This document shows positions 1 through 9,418 of a stretch of DNA of 64,000 nucleotides, piece by piece. The notes under the pieces are model-generated. The model did not search any database and was not told where the DNA came from. It saw nothing but the letters and a program-made list of their open reading frames with translations. The stretch is from the NCBI GenBank assembly GCA_029258835.1, contig JAPDJY010000039.1:99615-163614 (forward strand), given 5' to 3'. Position 1 is the first letter of the stretch; every line of letters starts with the position of its first letter. Made by a program: the position numbers and the translations under genes. The stretch is from Thermoproteota archaeon. GTDB taxonomy: Archaea; Asgardarchaeota; Jordiarchaeia; Jordiarchaeales; Freyrarchaeaceae.

Positions 1-2
1 AC

Positions 3-113
3 TTAATAGCAGAGGTCAGCAAGTCCAAGCTTGACGAGTTCTTAAGAAGAATATCCCAAATCCCAGGTGTTACACAGACCGAGGCACATGTCGTCCTTGA
101 ATCAATGTTCTGA
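3..113 (+). CDS. Lrp/AsnC ligand-binding domain protein, C-terminal part (truncated by window edge)
   Basis: Manual translation LIAEVSKSKLDEFLRRISQIPGVTQTEAHVVLESMF* resembles the AsnC C-terminal signature I..IPGV..TET.VV. Confidence 0.6.
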   Translation, partial: LIAEVSKSKLDEFLRRISQIPGVTQTEAHVVLESMF

Positions 114-118
114 GAGCT

Positions 119-1057
119 TCAATCTATTTTTAAGATATCAAGTATTTTACGGGCGATTTCAAGCGCATTTTTCATTTGGCACTCGTTAGTTGATGCACCT
201 ATGTGGGGAGTGCAGATTACATTGGGCAGAGAGATAAGTTTCTTGTTCTTTGGAGGTTCCTCTTGGAAAACGTCTAATGCGGCACCTGCTAGCCACCCAT
301 TTTTCAATGCTTGATAGAGGGCGTCTTCATCTATAACCTCGCCTCGTGAGGTATTAACTAGATATGCCCCTTGCTTCATAAGCCTCAATTCCTTAGAGCC
401 TATTAGCAATCGTGTCTTTTCCGTTAGTGGCACATGTATAGTTACAATATCTGACGTCTTTAAAAGTGATTCAAATGAGTTTCTAGAACTGCCTAAGAAG
501 ACAACCCCCAGTTTTTCAGCATCACTCCTTTTACTTTCGTCTATGTCGTGTGCAAGAACGGTTACTCCAAATGCTAAGGCGCGCTTCGCTACCTCTTGCC
601 CTATTCTTCCAAACCCTATTATGCCGAGAGTTTTCCCGTAAAACTGGCATCCTTCAAGCTCCCTTTTAAGCCACTTCCCTTCCTTCAATGAGCGATCCGC
701 TAGAGGGATACGCCTCAGTAATGCAAGTATCAACCCGATCGTTAACTCCGCCACAGAAATAGACGACGCCTCGGGGGAATTTAGCACCGTAATGCCACGT
801 TCCTCCGCTGCGCTTAAATCCACATTGTCAAGCCCAACCCCACACCTAGCGATAACTGATAGACGGGAGCCGACATTAATAAGCTCCTTAGTAACCTTAG
901 TTCGACTTCTAACAATTATAACGTCGGCGTTCTTTAATAGTTCCTTAAGCTCTTCACGTGACATATCATACGCTTCAACGACGTTTAAGCCGGCTCTTCG
1001 CATCAATTGAATACCACCAGGATGAATAGGGTCTAACACTAGAACCAAATGAGCCAT
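119..1057 (-). CDS. serA: D-3-phosphoglycerate dehydrogenase-like D-2-hydroxyacid dehydrogenase
   Basis: VRSRTKVT, RCGVGLDNVD, GIIGFGRIG Rossmann motif, NTSRGEVIDE, TPHIGAST. Confidence 0.85.
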   Translation of the reverse strand: MAHLVLVLDPIHPGGIQLMRRAGLNVVEAYDMSREELKELLKNADVIIVRSRTKVTKELINVGSRLSVIARCGVGLDNVDLSAAEERGITVLNSPEASSISVAELTIGLILALLRRIPLADRSLKEGKWLKRELEGCQFYGKTLGIIGFGRIGQEVAKRALAFGVTVLAHDIDESKRSDAEKLGVVFLGSSRNSFESLLKTSDIVTIHVPLTEKTRLLIGSKELRLMKQGAYLVNTSRGEVIDEDALYQALKNGWLAGAALDVFQEEPPKNKKLISLPNVICTPHIGASTNECQMKNALEIARKILDILKID

Positions 1058-1290
1058 CTAGCAAACCTCCAAAAATCACTTTCTTGGAAGTAGGCAGGAA
1101 TATTAGAACTACTATTAAAAAGCCAGAAGAGAATACTTTTAAAATTTCCCAAGGGAACCGAGAAAATGTATTTTTAGGATAAAATATTAAGGATATGGAA
1201 GTGGAAGTTAAGCTTGTTAAGTGAAAAAAGCGTACGGCAATTAGATGAAATAAGAGAGGCCGAAAAATGAAGGTAGTGCATGGTGGATCG

Positions 1291-1844
1291 TCAACCTAAC
1301 TTCCGCTTAATGATCTCTTTAACCAAAAGGTTAAATGCAGCTTCCACGTTTTCACCGTTCTTCGCAGAGGTTTCAAAAAAAGAAGCGTTTATTTCTTTCG
1401 CGTATCTTTTGCCGTCCTCTGTCCGCACCTCCCTAAGGTTAGAGAGGTCAACCTTATTTCCAATAACCACCGTGACAGGTTCCTCCTTAACATTCTTTAA
1501 CAATTCCTTACGCCAATTTTCAAGGTTGTCAAAGGTAGAGCGTCGTGTTATATCGTAAACTAGCATCGCCCCGACTGCACCTTGATAAAACGTACTACGT
1601 ACGTGTTTGAAGTGTGGCTGCCCACCTAAGTCCCAAAGCACCAACTTAGCAGTAAGATCGCCTAAGTTAATAATTTTTGAGAAGATATCTATACCTTTAA
1701 CCCGCTGAGTAGCACGAGCTACCAGCGTATAGTCTTCTTGTAGTCGGCCATAAACCTACCGCTAACATACTTTGATATTAAACTAGTTTTTCCCACGGCA
1801 CCATCACCTGCAAGGATCACCTTATAAACAAGTTCCCGTGACAA
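1291..1844 (-). CDS. Rab-like small GTPase, spliced: exon 1 1729-1844, exon 2 1291-1696, 173 aa
   Basis: Exon 1 starts at TTG 1844 and encodes YKVILAGDGAVGKTSLI (G1). Exon 2 encodes WDLGGQ (G3), NKVD (G4) and ETSAK (G5). Removing 1697-1728 restores YKKTIGIDIF (switch I). Confidence 0.9.
1697..1728 (-). other. Candidate BHB intron (32 nt) in the Rab-like GTPase mRNA
   Basis: Minus strand: GACT AT|A CGCTG-GTAGC-TCGT-GCTAC-T-CAGCG GGTT AA|A GGT. Central 4-bp helix GACT/GGTT, two 3-nt bulges, in-frame TAG inside. Confidence 0.85.
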
Positions 1845-1931
1845 CGATGAAACCCCCTTCTCTAACCGCTATTTCCATTTTTACAGATGAAAAACATTCG
1901 CTAAAAGTTTTAAGCATGTTGATTTCCTTAG

Positions 1932-3276
1932 GTGAACTACCACCCGTTAAAACGGGTGGCTTCCAACATTCGGGGCAGGCTTCTCGCCTATCCCCTCATC
2001 TGCTGGTTCGGGGGTTCACAGCTCTCCTCATCCCATGCCTCTCGTTAAGGCATGGGCTAGGTTAATTGCAGAATTTAAATCCCGATTATAGATTAAACTA
2101 CACTTAGGACATCTAAACTCTCTATCATTAACTTTGGGCAACATGCCCACACTATGACACCCCTTTGAGGTATTCTTTGGATTACTATACACTACAGAAA
2201 TTCCCTCTAAATTAGCTTTGTATTCGATGTATTGCTGTAATTTTCGAAAGCTCCAAGCATGCAACCTTCTGTTTAGCTTAGCAGAACTATTCATGTTCTC
2301 TCTAATTCCATCAAGCTTCTCCATTGCTATTACTGGCTTTTCGAACTGGCTTAGCGTAAGCAACGATTTAGTTGGTTATTATATGCAAATGTTAGTTTAC
2401 AATTTTCTTCTCCTTATGACCAAACCGCTTAACCAAAGTCCAGTCTTTTCTTTCTCTGCAAGTTTCTTCTGATGTGTGCGTATTTTCCTCTTATTTCTCT
2501 TATTCTTTGCTCCGTTCCAAAACTGACCCTTTGTAGGTTTTGGATTTTGCTTTGGTATAGCTACTGCAACAGCTACATTCCACTCCCCTAAATCTACTCC
2601 TATAACAGTTTCTGGCTCATCGATTAGTTCAACGTCTTTCTTAAGCGTGAAGTGTGCATACCACTCCCCGTTTCTCTTCACCATCTCAACCGTGCAAAAT
2701 TTCCACTCCCCTTGCAAAGCTTCTTCTATGAATTTTTGCTGTCTCTTCCCAAAGACTATCGGGAGTGTTATCCTCTCCTTGCAATTAAGGGTTAGAGTAG
2801 CCAGCAAGGAGTTAGTTCGTTGTTGTTTTGGCAAAAGAGTAACACCTTTTGTCAAATCTAATTGAAAGTCTCTTCAGCTTGGGTCGTTCTATTTTGACTT
2901 GCCTTTTTTCTTTTTTCATTGAAACTTTTTAGGATTTCCACTGCTTTATCCCTTGCTGTCTGGATTAAGGCGGTGTTCAGGTTGAATAGCTGTTTAGCTT
3001 TCTCATAGCCATTCTTGTGCAGAGAAGCCTTTGATGTAAAATTGAAGCCTTAGATACCAGTTCACAAGTGCATAATATTCTTCCAAACACTTATTCAGAA
3101 CTAAAACTTTCTTCTTGTTTGGTTTGAAAACCGTTCCTACCACAGTTAGCTGAACTTCTTTCCTCACGGGAACGTCCCTAAAGATTTTTTAACTCTCTAA
3201 GTATTTAATATTAACCTATCCACCTCCCCTAATTCATCCACCTTCACAGATAGGCGGTCTTCTTGCGACAAAAATT
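1932..3276 (-). mobile_element. IS200/IS605-family (IS1341-like, tnpB-only) element, decayed
   Basis: tnpB fragments inside. Right-end hairpin CCACCCGT-TAAA-ACGGGTGG (1940-1959) followed by GTTCAC on the minus strand. Imperfect left-end hairpin near 3235-3260 preceded by TTTAT. Exact ends are inferred. Confidence 0.75.
2028..3167 (-). pseudogene. tnpB: TnpB RNA-guided endonuclease pseudogene (several frameshifts and stops)
   Basis: N-terminus from GTG 3167 (RKEVQLTVVGTVFKPN); RuvC-I IGVDLG in 2397-2855; RuvC-II MEKL, W.FRKLQQYIEYKA, CPKC and RuvC-III NRDLNSAINL in 2028-2363. Confidence 0.88.
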
Positions 3277-3454
3277 ATAAATAAAGTATGACAGCAACTC
3301 TAACCACACCACACCGCTTCTTCTATTAGCTATCACATCCATAACAAAATTACTTTAAAGAAAGAAGCTTAAAAATCGTGAAGAATCTGAGAAGTAAACT
3401 TAACATGCTTAATAGATTTCTCCATCTAAAAGCCGCACATGGAACCTCTTATTG

Positions 3455-4288
3455 CTACAGGAACAACGATGCAATAAACCATAAACCAAGAAGAACTAAT
3501 GCGGCACCACATGAAAACATGATGCGCTGATACCATTTAACACTTATTAAGACTTTACCCTTAGCCACAGCAAATGAAATAGATGCATACCATGCAACAT
3601 CACTAAAAAAGTGGCCTATAACTATAGCCAGCCAGCCGGCAAGGGTGGAACCGAGAAAAACATAGTTAAAATCGAAGACACGTGAGAAGTACTGGAATGC
3701 GGCAGAGGATAAATTAGGGTACATTAACAATGAAAGGGAAGAGCCAAAATATTCTGCAAGAAAAACGAGAAAATTATGCCAGATAAGCAAGTACAAGGCA
3801 GGATCCACATTAGCAACAGCTATCAGAGGGGCATAAGTTAACATAGCCAACCCAACTGTCGCCCACCAGATCCAGTAGAAGGGGTTAGTAACGGTAGCAA
3901 CAACCCCAGAAAGCACAGAGTTCAACGAAGAGGACAAAGAAGGAGGCTGAGAAACAGCACCAGACTCGTCTACTAGCCTTAACTCAGCTCGCCTTGAAGA
4001 ATATGCGGTGTACCCTCCAAAAATTAAAAGAGCAATTCCTCCAGCAATAGTAATAGCCGCTTTAATTACATCATCACTTAAGATTACACCAACACCGTAA
4101 GCTAAGGCAACAATCAAAGGAGCCTCCACAAGAAAATGTCCGAAGACAGTAGCTACACCACCAAACCAACCCCTCCTTAAACTGGAATCAATAGTAACAA
4201 CCAAAAGAGGGCCAGGACTTAAAGCACCAGATAAACCAACAGTAAAACTCAACGCAAAAAGAAACACTAATAGTATTAGAGGACTCAA
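3455..4288 (-). CDS. LysE/RhtB family translocator
   Basis: GLSGALSPGPLL, GHFLVE, NPFYWIWWATVG, GHFFSDVAWY motifs; hydrophobic. Confidence 0.85.
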   Translation of the reverse strand: MSPLILLVFLFALSFTVGLSGALSPGPLLVVTIDSSLRRGWFGGVATVFGHFLVEAPLIVALAYGVGVILSDDVIKAAITIAGGIALLIFGGYTAYSSRRAELRLVDESGAVSQPPSLSSSLNSVLSGVVATVTNPFYWIWWATVGLAMLTYAPLIAVANVDPALYLLIWHNFLVFLAEYFGSSLSLLMYPNLSSAAFQYFSRVFDFNYVFLGSTLAGWLAIVIGHFFSDVAWYASISFAVAKGKVLISVKWYQRIMFSCGAALVLLGLWFIASLFL

Positions 4289-4352
4289 GGAAACACCCTC
4301 CGAACCAATAACGAAGCGAAGACGCTTAAAAAATTAACTTTTTTCTAAAAAA

Positions 4353-7061
4353 TTAATGGTAGAAGGAGAAACGTCGCACATCAACTCCGCATGACTTGCA
4401 GGTCCATTGTTCCGGGTCTTTAGAGTCAAATGGGATCTTGAACGATGCAGAACACTTAGGACATATCTGTGTGGCTTCAACCGCAGGGTAGCCCTCACCA
4501 TCCACGCGCTTCTGGATAGGGTGCAGAGGAGATTCGATAATCGGGGGGACATATCCTTGCTCCCTGTAAAGGTATTTACCGGTCTTTGAGTTAACAGTAG
4601 GAACGCCGAACGGGTAACGCCAGAAGGACCATCCCATGTTCGCAGCAACCCTAGCGCAAATTTTCCTTGCTCCGGGAGCAATGTCAATCAAATACTGGTT
4701 AACATACTCAACGCGCTTCTTAAGGGCATCACGCACACGCTTCTCTTCCTCTTTCTCAAACAAACGAGCCCTAACCGACGACAGAAGTTCCCGTATCCGC
4801 TTACCAAGCTTCCTTAAAGTATCAGCAATGAAAACGAAGATTACCTTAGAAGCTTCCGGAACTTGATATTTAGCCAGATCCTCTGGATGCACGGGATCCA
4901 TATCAGGCGTATGAAAGTTCGCGTTAAAATCTACTAGAACTTTGTGCTCCCGTCCGTCAGCAGGAACCCTATAGAAAAGCTCCCGCCAGTGATAATCGCT
5001 CACGATCCACTCTAACTCACCGGTCTCAGCGTTAACCCATAATTCAACTCGCTCGTAATCCTCGTGATATAAACTTCTAGTGGCGATTGTAAATTCCCCA
5101 GGCCACAGGTAAATGTAGCGTAATACCCAGTAATAGTTTCCTTCAAGCCATACTGGAGCATCATGCCTGTTTCTGTACGGGAAGAGAGATCCATGGTCAG
5201 CGTAGAAGTAGAGGTTGTATCGTTCTAGACCAATCACTTGGACTCCAGAAAGGCCTATGAGTAAAGCTGCTATTGCCAAGAATATTGCACCATACAGGCA
5301 TGCTGAGAACAAACGGTTATACGCGAAGAGTACGAGGTTGGCGTTGTACTCAAAGAATGAGAGCCAGTAGTTGAGCCATCGTTCTGGCGGGAGGCCGAGG
5401 AGGATCATGTAGGGAGATGCGATTATGTTTATGTTTAAGAATTCTGCTAGGCGGAGTATGAAGTATTCTAGGAAGACGAAGAGGCCTCCAGCTAAAAGGC
5501 CTATTGTGAAGACTGCTGGAGCTCCTTCTGGCCGTGTAGAAAGAGCTGGGAAGGATTTTATGGCCCAGTATGCTGAGAACAGGATAAGTGCTATTAGGAA
5601 GAGGAATGATGAACCTATTAATAACCATGTTTGCCCTGTCATGAAGAGGGGCCTGTAGGGACTTGCCCAGATGCTGATCCAAGGGGCAATGTTTACATAG
5701 AAGAATGCTGCTGCAGCAATTATGATTACAATTAGGAAGGGTATTAAGGCTTTGACTAAGGTTGCTTGGTATGAAAGGGCGAAGGGGTTCCATATGGGTT
5801 CGTATTTTTCCTCTAAGTAGTCTGGGTTGATGAAGGGCCCTAAGGTTTCCCCTGTTTCAATTACGCGGATGTTACATTTATTGTCTTCGAGAGGGATTAT
5901 TTCCAGTTCGGGTTCAGGCATCGGGGGAATTTCGTCTCTTGGTACGCGGTCCATTTTTTCATAGGTTATATACGTCTCCTTTTCGCCTAGTAGGGCTCTT
6001 ATCTTCGACGTGACTGTTTTTATCGTCTTTTCGAATTCTTTGACTTTATTCTTCCCTAATAGAAAGTAGTTAGACCACAAGTCTCTTAGAATATATGCTT
6101 TTCTGTGAGGCTCTGTTACTTCTGCTGGAGGAGTCGTGTATGTTGAGATTCTTCCTGAGGAGGCCCAGAAGCCGCCCCAGAAGAATGCAACGACTATGAA
6201 TAGGGCTGCCATGGCTGTTGTTGCTACGTAGTATTTTGTTATGCCGCCCTCTACACTGATATAGTAAGGGAGCCATATTAGGTCGTGAATTATCCTCTCT
6301 GATCCGCTTCCAAGGAAACCTATGAATGAAGCTGTGCTTATTGAACTTCCTATTATTGCCCCGCTCCAGAAGCGCTTACTGTAGAAGGAAGGTATTGATG
6401 ATAGAAGGAGAGTGTAAACGAACGCCATCACAAGAAGCTCATTTGTTAGGACGGACCAGTTGAAGAATGTTACTCGCATTGGTGATATGTAAACTATGTT
6501 GGCGAGTTTTCCTGTTATTAAAGGGATTGCTATGAAGAGGCCCCATGGGAGTACGACTTTGGGGTTTTTAAAGCTGTGTTTGAAGGCTTTCCACATAATA
6601 CTGTATATTTGGAATTGAGAGAATATTCCGCCTATGACTCCCGCGAGAACTAATGTTGCAACGATACCATATTCCCATCCAAACCGGTACCTGTACGATA
6701 GGCTGAGAAAGAGAACAAGAATCTGTGTTTGCTTACCGAACGTGAAGACTATGGAAGATAAAGCAGTTACCATTAGTCCGTCAAGTAACCCCTCGCCTAT
6801 TGACGCTATAAGAAACATTAACAATGGAATTACTCCTTGGAATATTTCCTGTATCATATGTGATGTGTAAAAGTCGCGTAAGTAAAAGTGGATGGCAGCA
6901 TTTAGCGGGCTTTCAAAGTAATATATTAAGAAGTAGTCGAGCCATGAAAGAGCTGCGAAGACTACCCCGAGGACTATCAGTAGTGATCGTTTAAGCGTGA
7001 AAAAGGAACGCAGTTTTGACAGTACAGCCGCTCTTACTGTTGTTCCTTTTTCAGTAGGCAA
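4353..7061 (-). CDS. Large multi-pass membrane protein of unknown function with a C-terminal soluble domain and Zn ribbon
   Basis: 902-aa ORF with many hydrophobic segments and C-terminal CPKC...CKSC; GAAGGTGA RBS upstream. Confidence 0.75.
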   Translation of the reverse strand: MPTEKGTTVRAAVLSKLRSFFTLKRSLLIVLGVVFAALSWLDYFLIYYFESPLNAAIHFYLRDFYTSHMIQEIFQGVIPLLMFLIASIGEGLLDGLMVTALSSIVFTFGKQTQILVLFLSLSYRYRFGWEYGIVATLVLAGVIGGIFSQFQIYSIMWKAFKHSFKNPKVVLPWGLFIAIPLITGKLANIVYISPMRVTFFNWSVLTNELLVMAFVYTLLLSSIPSFYSKRFWSGAIIGSSISTASFIGFLGSGSERIIHDLIWLPYYISVEGGITKYYVATTAMAALFIVVAFFWGGFWASSGRISTYTTPPAEVTEPHRKAYILRDLWSNYFLLGKNKVKEFEKTIKTVTSKIRALLGEKETYITYEKMDRVPRDEIPPMPEPELEIIPLEDNKCNIRVIETGETLGPFINPDYLEEKYEPIWNPFALSYQATLVKALIPFLIVIIIAAAAFFYVNIAPWISIWASPYRPLFMTGQTWLLIGSSFLFLIALILFSAYWAIKSFPALSTRPEGAPAVFTIGLLAGGLFVFLEYFILRLAEFLNINIIASPYMILLGLPPERWLNYWLSFFEYNANLVLFAYNRLFSACLYGAIFLAIAALLIGLSGVQVIGLERYNLYFYADHGSLFPYRNRHDAPVWLEGNYYWVLRYIYLWPGEFTIATRSLYHEDYERVELWVNAETGELEWIVSDYHWRELFYRVPADGREHKVLVDFNANFHTPDMDPVHPEDLAKYQVPEASKVIFVFIADTLRKLGKRIRELLSSVRARLFEKEEEKRVRDALKKRVEYVNQYLIDIAPGARKICARVAANMGWSFWRYPFGVPTVNSKTGKYLYREQGYVPPIIESPLHPIQKRVDGEGYPAVEATQICPKCSASFKIPFDSKDPEQWTCKSCGVDVRRFSFYH

Positions 7062-7155
7062 CCATCATTCACCTTCGAAAACTTTTTTGGTTTAAATGTT
7101 ACTACTGCTACAAGAAACTAAAAAATCTTCTCCTTACCAATGTGGGGGTTTACGT

Positions 7156-7878
7156 TTGAGGAAAACCAACGATGAAAAGATCGTTTTAAAGGTAGGTGGC
7201 TCTATCATTCAAAATAACCGGGGGGAGGTCCATGTTGATTTAGTGCGGGAATACGCACTTATGATTAAGGAGTTAAGGAAGGAAGGGTTTGATATTACAG
7301 CCGTGATTGTTGGTGGAGGAGCGGTCTCTAAGAGATTTGCTAGTTACGCCCGTAAACTCGGGGCTTCGGAGGGAGTGTGCGACGTTGTAGGTATTCAGGC
7401 GACGAGGCTAAACGCGTACTTGTTCATTGCAGCGATAGGAGACGACGCATATCAGGTTGTCCCACGGACATTGAATGAGGTGGCCCAGGCGTCAGCGACG
7501 GGAAAAGTCATCGTTGTTGGAGGGTTACAGCCAGGACAATCTACGAGTGCCGTTGCGGCACTTGTAGCTGAGCGGTTGAGGGCAAATAAGCTCATTAATG
7601 CAACCGACGTGAAAGGAGTCTTCACGTCTGACCCGAAAAGAAATCCTGAAGCAAAGATTATTCCTAAAATGACGACTAAAGAACTTCAAGACATTATTTT
7701 ATCTAGTGCTTATGTTGCAGGGGGCTATGAGCTCTTTGACTTGATTGCTTTAAAAGTGATCGAGAGAGCGAGGATACTGCTAGTCGTGTTAGACGGAAGG
7801 AATACCGACAACGTGAGATTAGCTGTTAAAGGAGAACATGTGGGCACATGGGTTTACCCGTGTCCCGGAGGAGATTGA
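7156..7878 (+). CDS. pyrH: UMP kinase
   Basis: IVLKVGGS, IVGGG, GIQATRLNA, GGLQPGQST, TDVKGVFTSDPK; start moved to TTG 7156. Confidence 0.92.
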   Translation: MRKTNDEKIVLKVGGSIIQNNRGEVHVDLVREYALMIKELRKEGFDITAVIVGGGAVSKRFASYARKLGASEGVCDVVGIQATRLNAYLFIAAIGDDAYQVVPRTLNEVAQASATGKVIVVGGLQPGQSTSAVAALVAERLRANKLINATDVKGVFTSDPKRNPEAKIIPKMTTKELQDIILSSAYVAGGYELFDLIALKVIERARILLVVLDGRNTDNVRLAVKGEHVGTWVYPCPGGD

Positions 7879-7879
7879 A

Positions 7880-8155
7880 GTGGGAGTACTTGAAAGAATT
7901 TTTGGAAGGCAGGCTCAGACACGGGTCTTACAGTTTTTGCTTGAAAACAGAGGGAAAATGTTTAATTTATCAGACATAGCAGAAAACGTAGGAGTTTCTC
8001 CTAGTACTGTAAGCAGAGTTATTGAGAAACTCATTGAAGCGGGGATCGTGGAGGAAGTAGCGAGGTGGAGGCAGATGAGAGTAGTTAAACTAAACGAAAA
8101 AAATGTGAGAACCAATGTTTTAATCAGGTTTCTTGAGGAGATAAAGAGAGTTTAA
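7880..8155 (+). CDS. Winged-HTH transcriptional regulator (ArsR/MarR-like)
   Basis: FNLSDIAENVGVSPSTVSRVIEKLIEAGIV; start moved to GTG 7880 after GGAGG. Confidence 0.8.
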   Translation: MGVLERIFGRQAQTRVLQFLLENRGKMFNLSDIAENVGVSPSTVSRVIEKLIEAGIVEEVARWRQMRVVKLNEKNVRTNVLIRFLEEIKRV

Positions 8156-8163
8156 GTAGGGAG

Positions 8164-8310
8164 TGGTGCGGGGGGAGGGAAACTCGGAGATGCATAATTT
8201 AGGGCACCCCTTTCGAACCCCCGAACCCATCCGCAACATCTGCGGGACCGGATCTTGAGTACGGCCGATGTAAGGTGTCCGGCGCCTTTGACCAACTCGG
8301 CAACCCCCGC
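8164..8310 (-). tRNA. tRNA-Leu(CAA) with three introns (about 8259-8276, 8229-8239, 8181-8211); CCA encoded; mature 87 nt
   Basis: Exons rebuild GCGGGGGTTGCCGAGTTGGTCAAAGGCGCCGGACTCAAGATCCGGTCCCGCAGGGGTTCGGGGGTTCGAATCCCTCCCCCCGCACCA; each insert forms a BHB/BHL motif. Confidence 0.92.
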
Positions 8311-8376
8311 ACCTGTAAATGAAGTTTAGCAGCTTTCTAAAAAATATTTTTCCCCTCTTCTTTGTTATGTTATCAA

Positions 8377-9099
8377 TTACCTCTTCAGGTTATACCTCTT
8401 CAGGTTATCTTTGTTTACAATGGAGAGGATTAGGTATTTGAATAAAACTTTTAACCATCTAATTGTGTCTTCAACGTTTCGCATCTTTGATTTCTCCTCA
8501 CCATAAATCGTCTTTATTTTCACTTCTCCTATTTTGAAGCCTTTTCTGTGCGCTTCAATCAGTATTTCCGTTTCTGCCGCGAATCGCGGATCTGAGAAGG
8601 TGACAACTTCTATTACTTTCCTTTTGAAAGCCCGGTAACCACTTTGACTATCTGTTATGGGTAACTTGAAAAAGAGACGTAAGAGACGTGAAGTGATCGT
8701 ATTACTTAGAATTCTGAGGGAAGGCATCCCCTCTATGCTTCCTAGAAACCTTGACCCAACTACTAGGTCGAAGCCGCCATGCATGAGTTTCTTTAGTAGT
8801 TTGGGTATTTCGTTCGGTTCGTGTTGACCATCTGCATCTATCGACACTATAATGTCTGCGTTACGCTTTAAAGCTAGGCTGAATCCGGTTTTTAATGCAG
8901 CACCCTTCCCCATGTTCCTAGGGTGGCGTATAACAATGGCCCCTGCTGCTAATGCCTTCTTAAAGGTGGCATCGGTGCTTCCGTCATCCACCACTATTAC
9001 TTCATCAACATGTTTTAGGGATTCTCTAACTATGCTTGAAACGGTTCGTTCTTCGTTGAAAGCAGGAGAGACGCAGACAATCTTAGCCAACGACACCAT
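8377..9099 (-). CDS. Glycosyltransferase family 2 (DPM1-like)
   Basis: PAFNEE, VVDDGSTD, NMGKGAAL, DADGQH, DSQSGYRA. Confidence 0.92.
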   Translation of the reverse strand: MVSLAKIVCVSPAFNEERTVSSIVRESLKHVDEVIVVDDGSTDATFKKALAAGAIVIRHPRNMGKGAALKTGFSLALKRNADIIVSIDADGQHEPNEIPKLLKKLMHGGFDLVVGSRFLGSIEGMPSLRILSNTITSRLLRLFFKLPITDSQSGYRAFKRKVIEVVTFSDPRFAAETEILIEAHRKGFKIGEVKIKTIYGEEKSKMRNVEDTIRWLKVLFKYLILSIVNKDNLKRYNLKR

Positions 9100-9418
9100 C
9101 CGCCTCTGGTTTTTCCTTAACTTATAAGAGTTTTCTTCTATTGCTTAGTGATTGCTTAGTGGAAGGACTATTATTTAATTTATGTTTTTAATTTTAAGAG
9201 GTAACGGAGGGTGTTAAGAGGAAGATTGTAAAAGACTGTTTGGTAGTTTGAGTAAAAAACATAAAAGCTATTCGGTTAAGTTGAAATAAAGGGGAAAAAT
9301 TCGTCAAATAACGATTTTTTATAGTTAACTTGGGGAAAAACTTTTATTTTAAAGGGCAGACCTTCCTTGCAAGATCTCAAAGTTGCTCTCCTAATTGTCA
9401 AAAGGAGAGAGGCAAAAC

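Noticed and set aside
2028-3167. tnpB frameshifts as introns or programmed recoding
   Set aside because: There are several independent lesions with no BHB or slippery-site-plus-hairpin arrangement.
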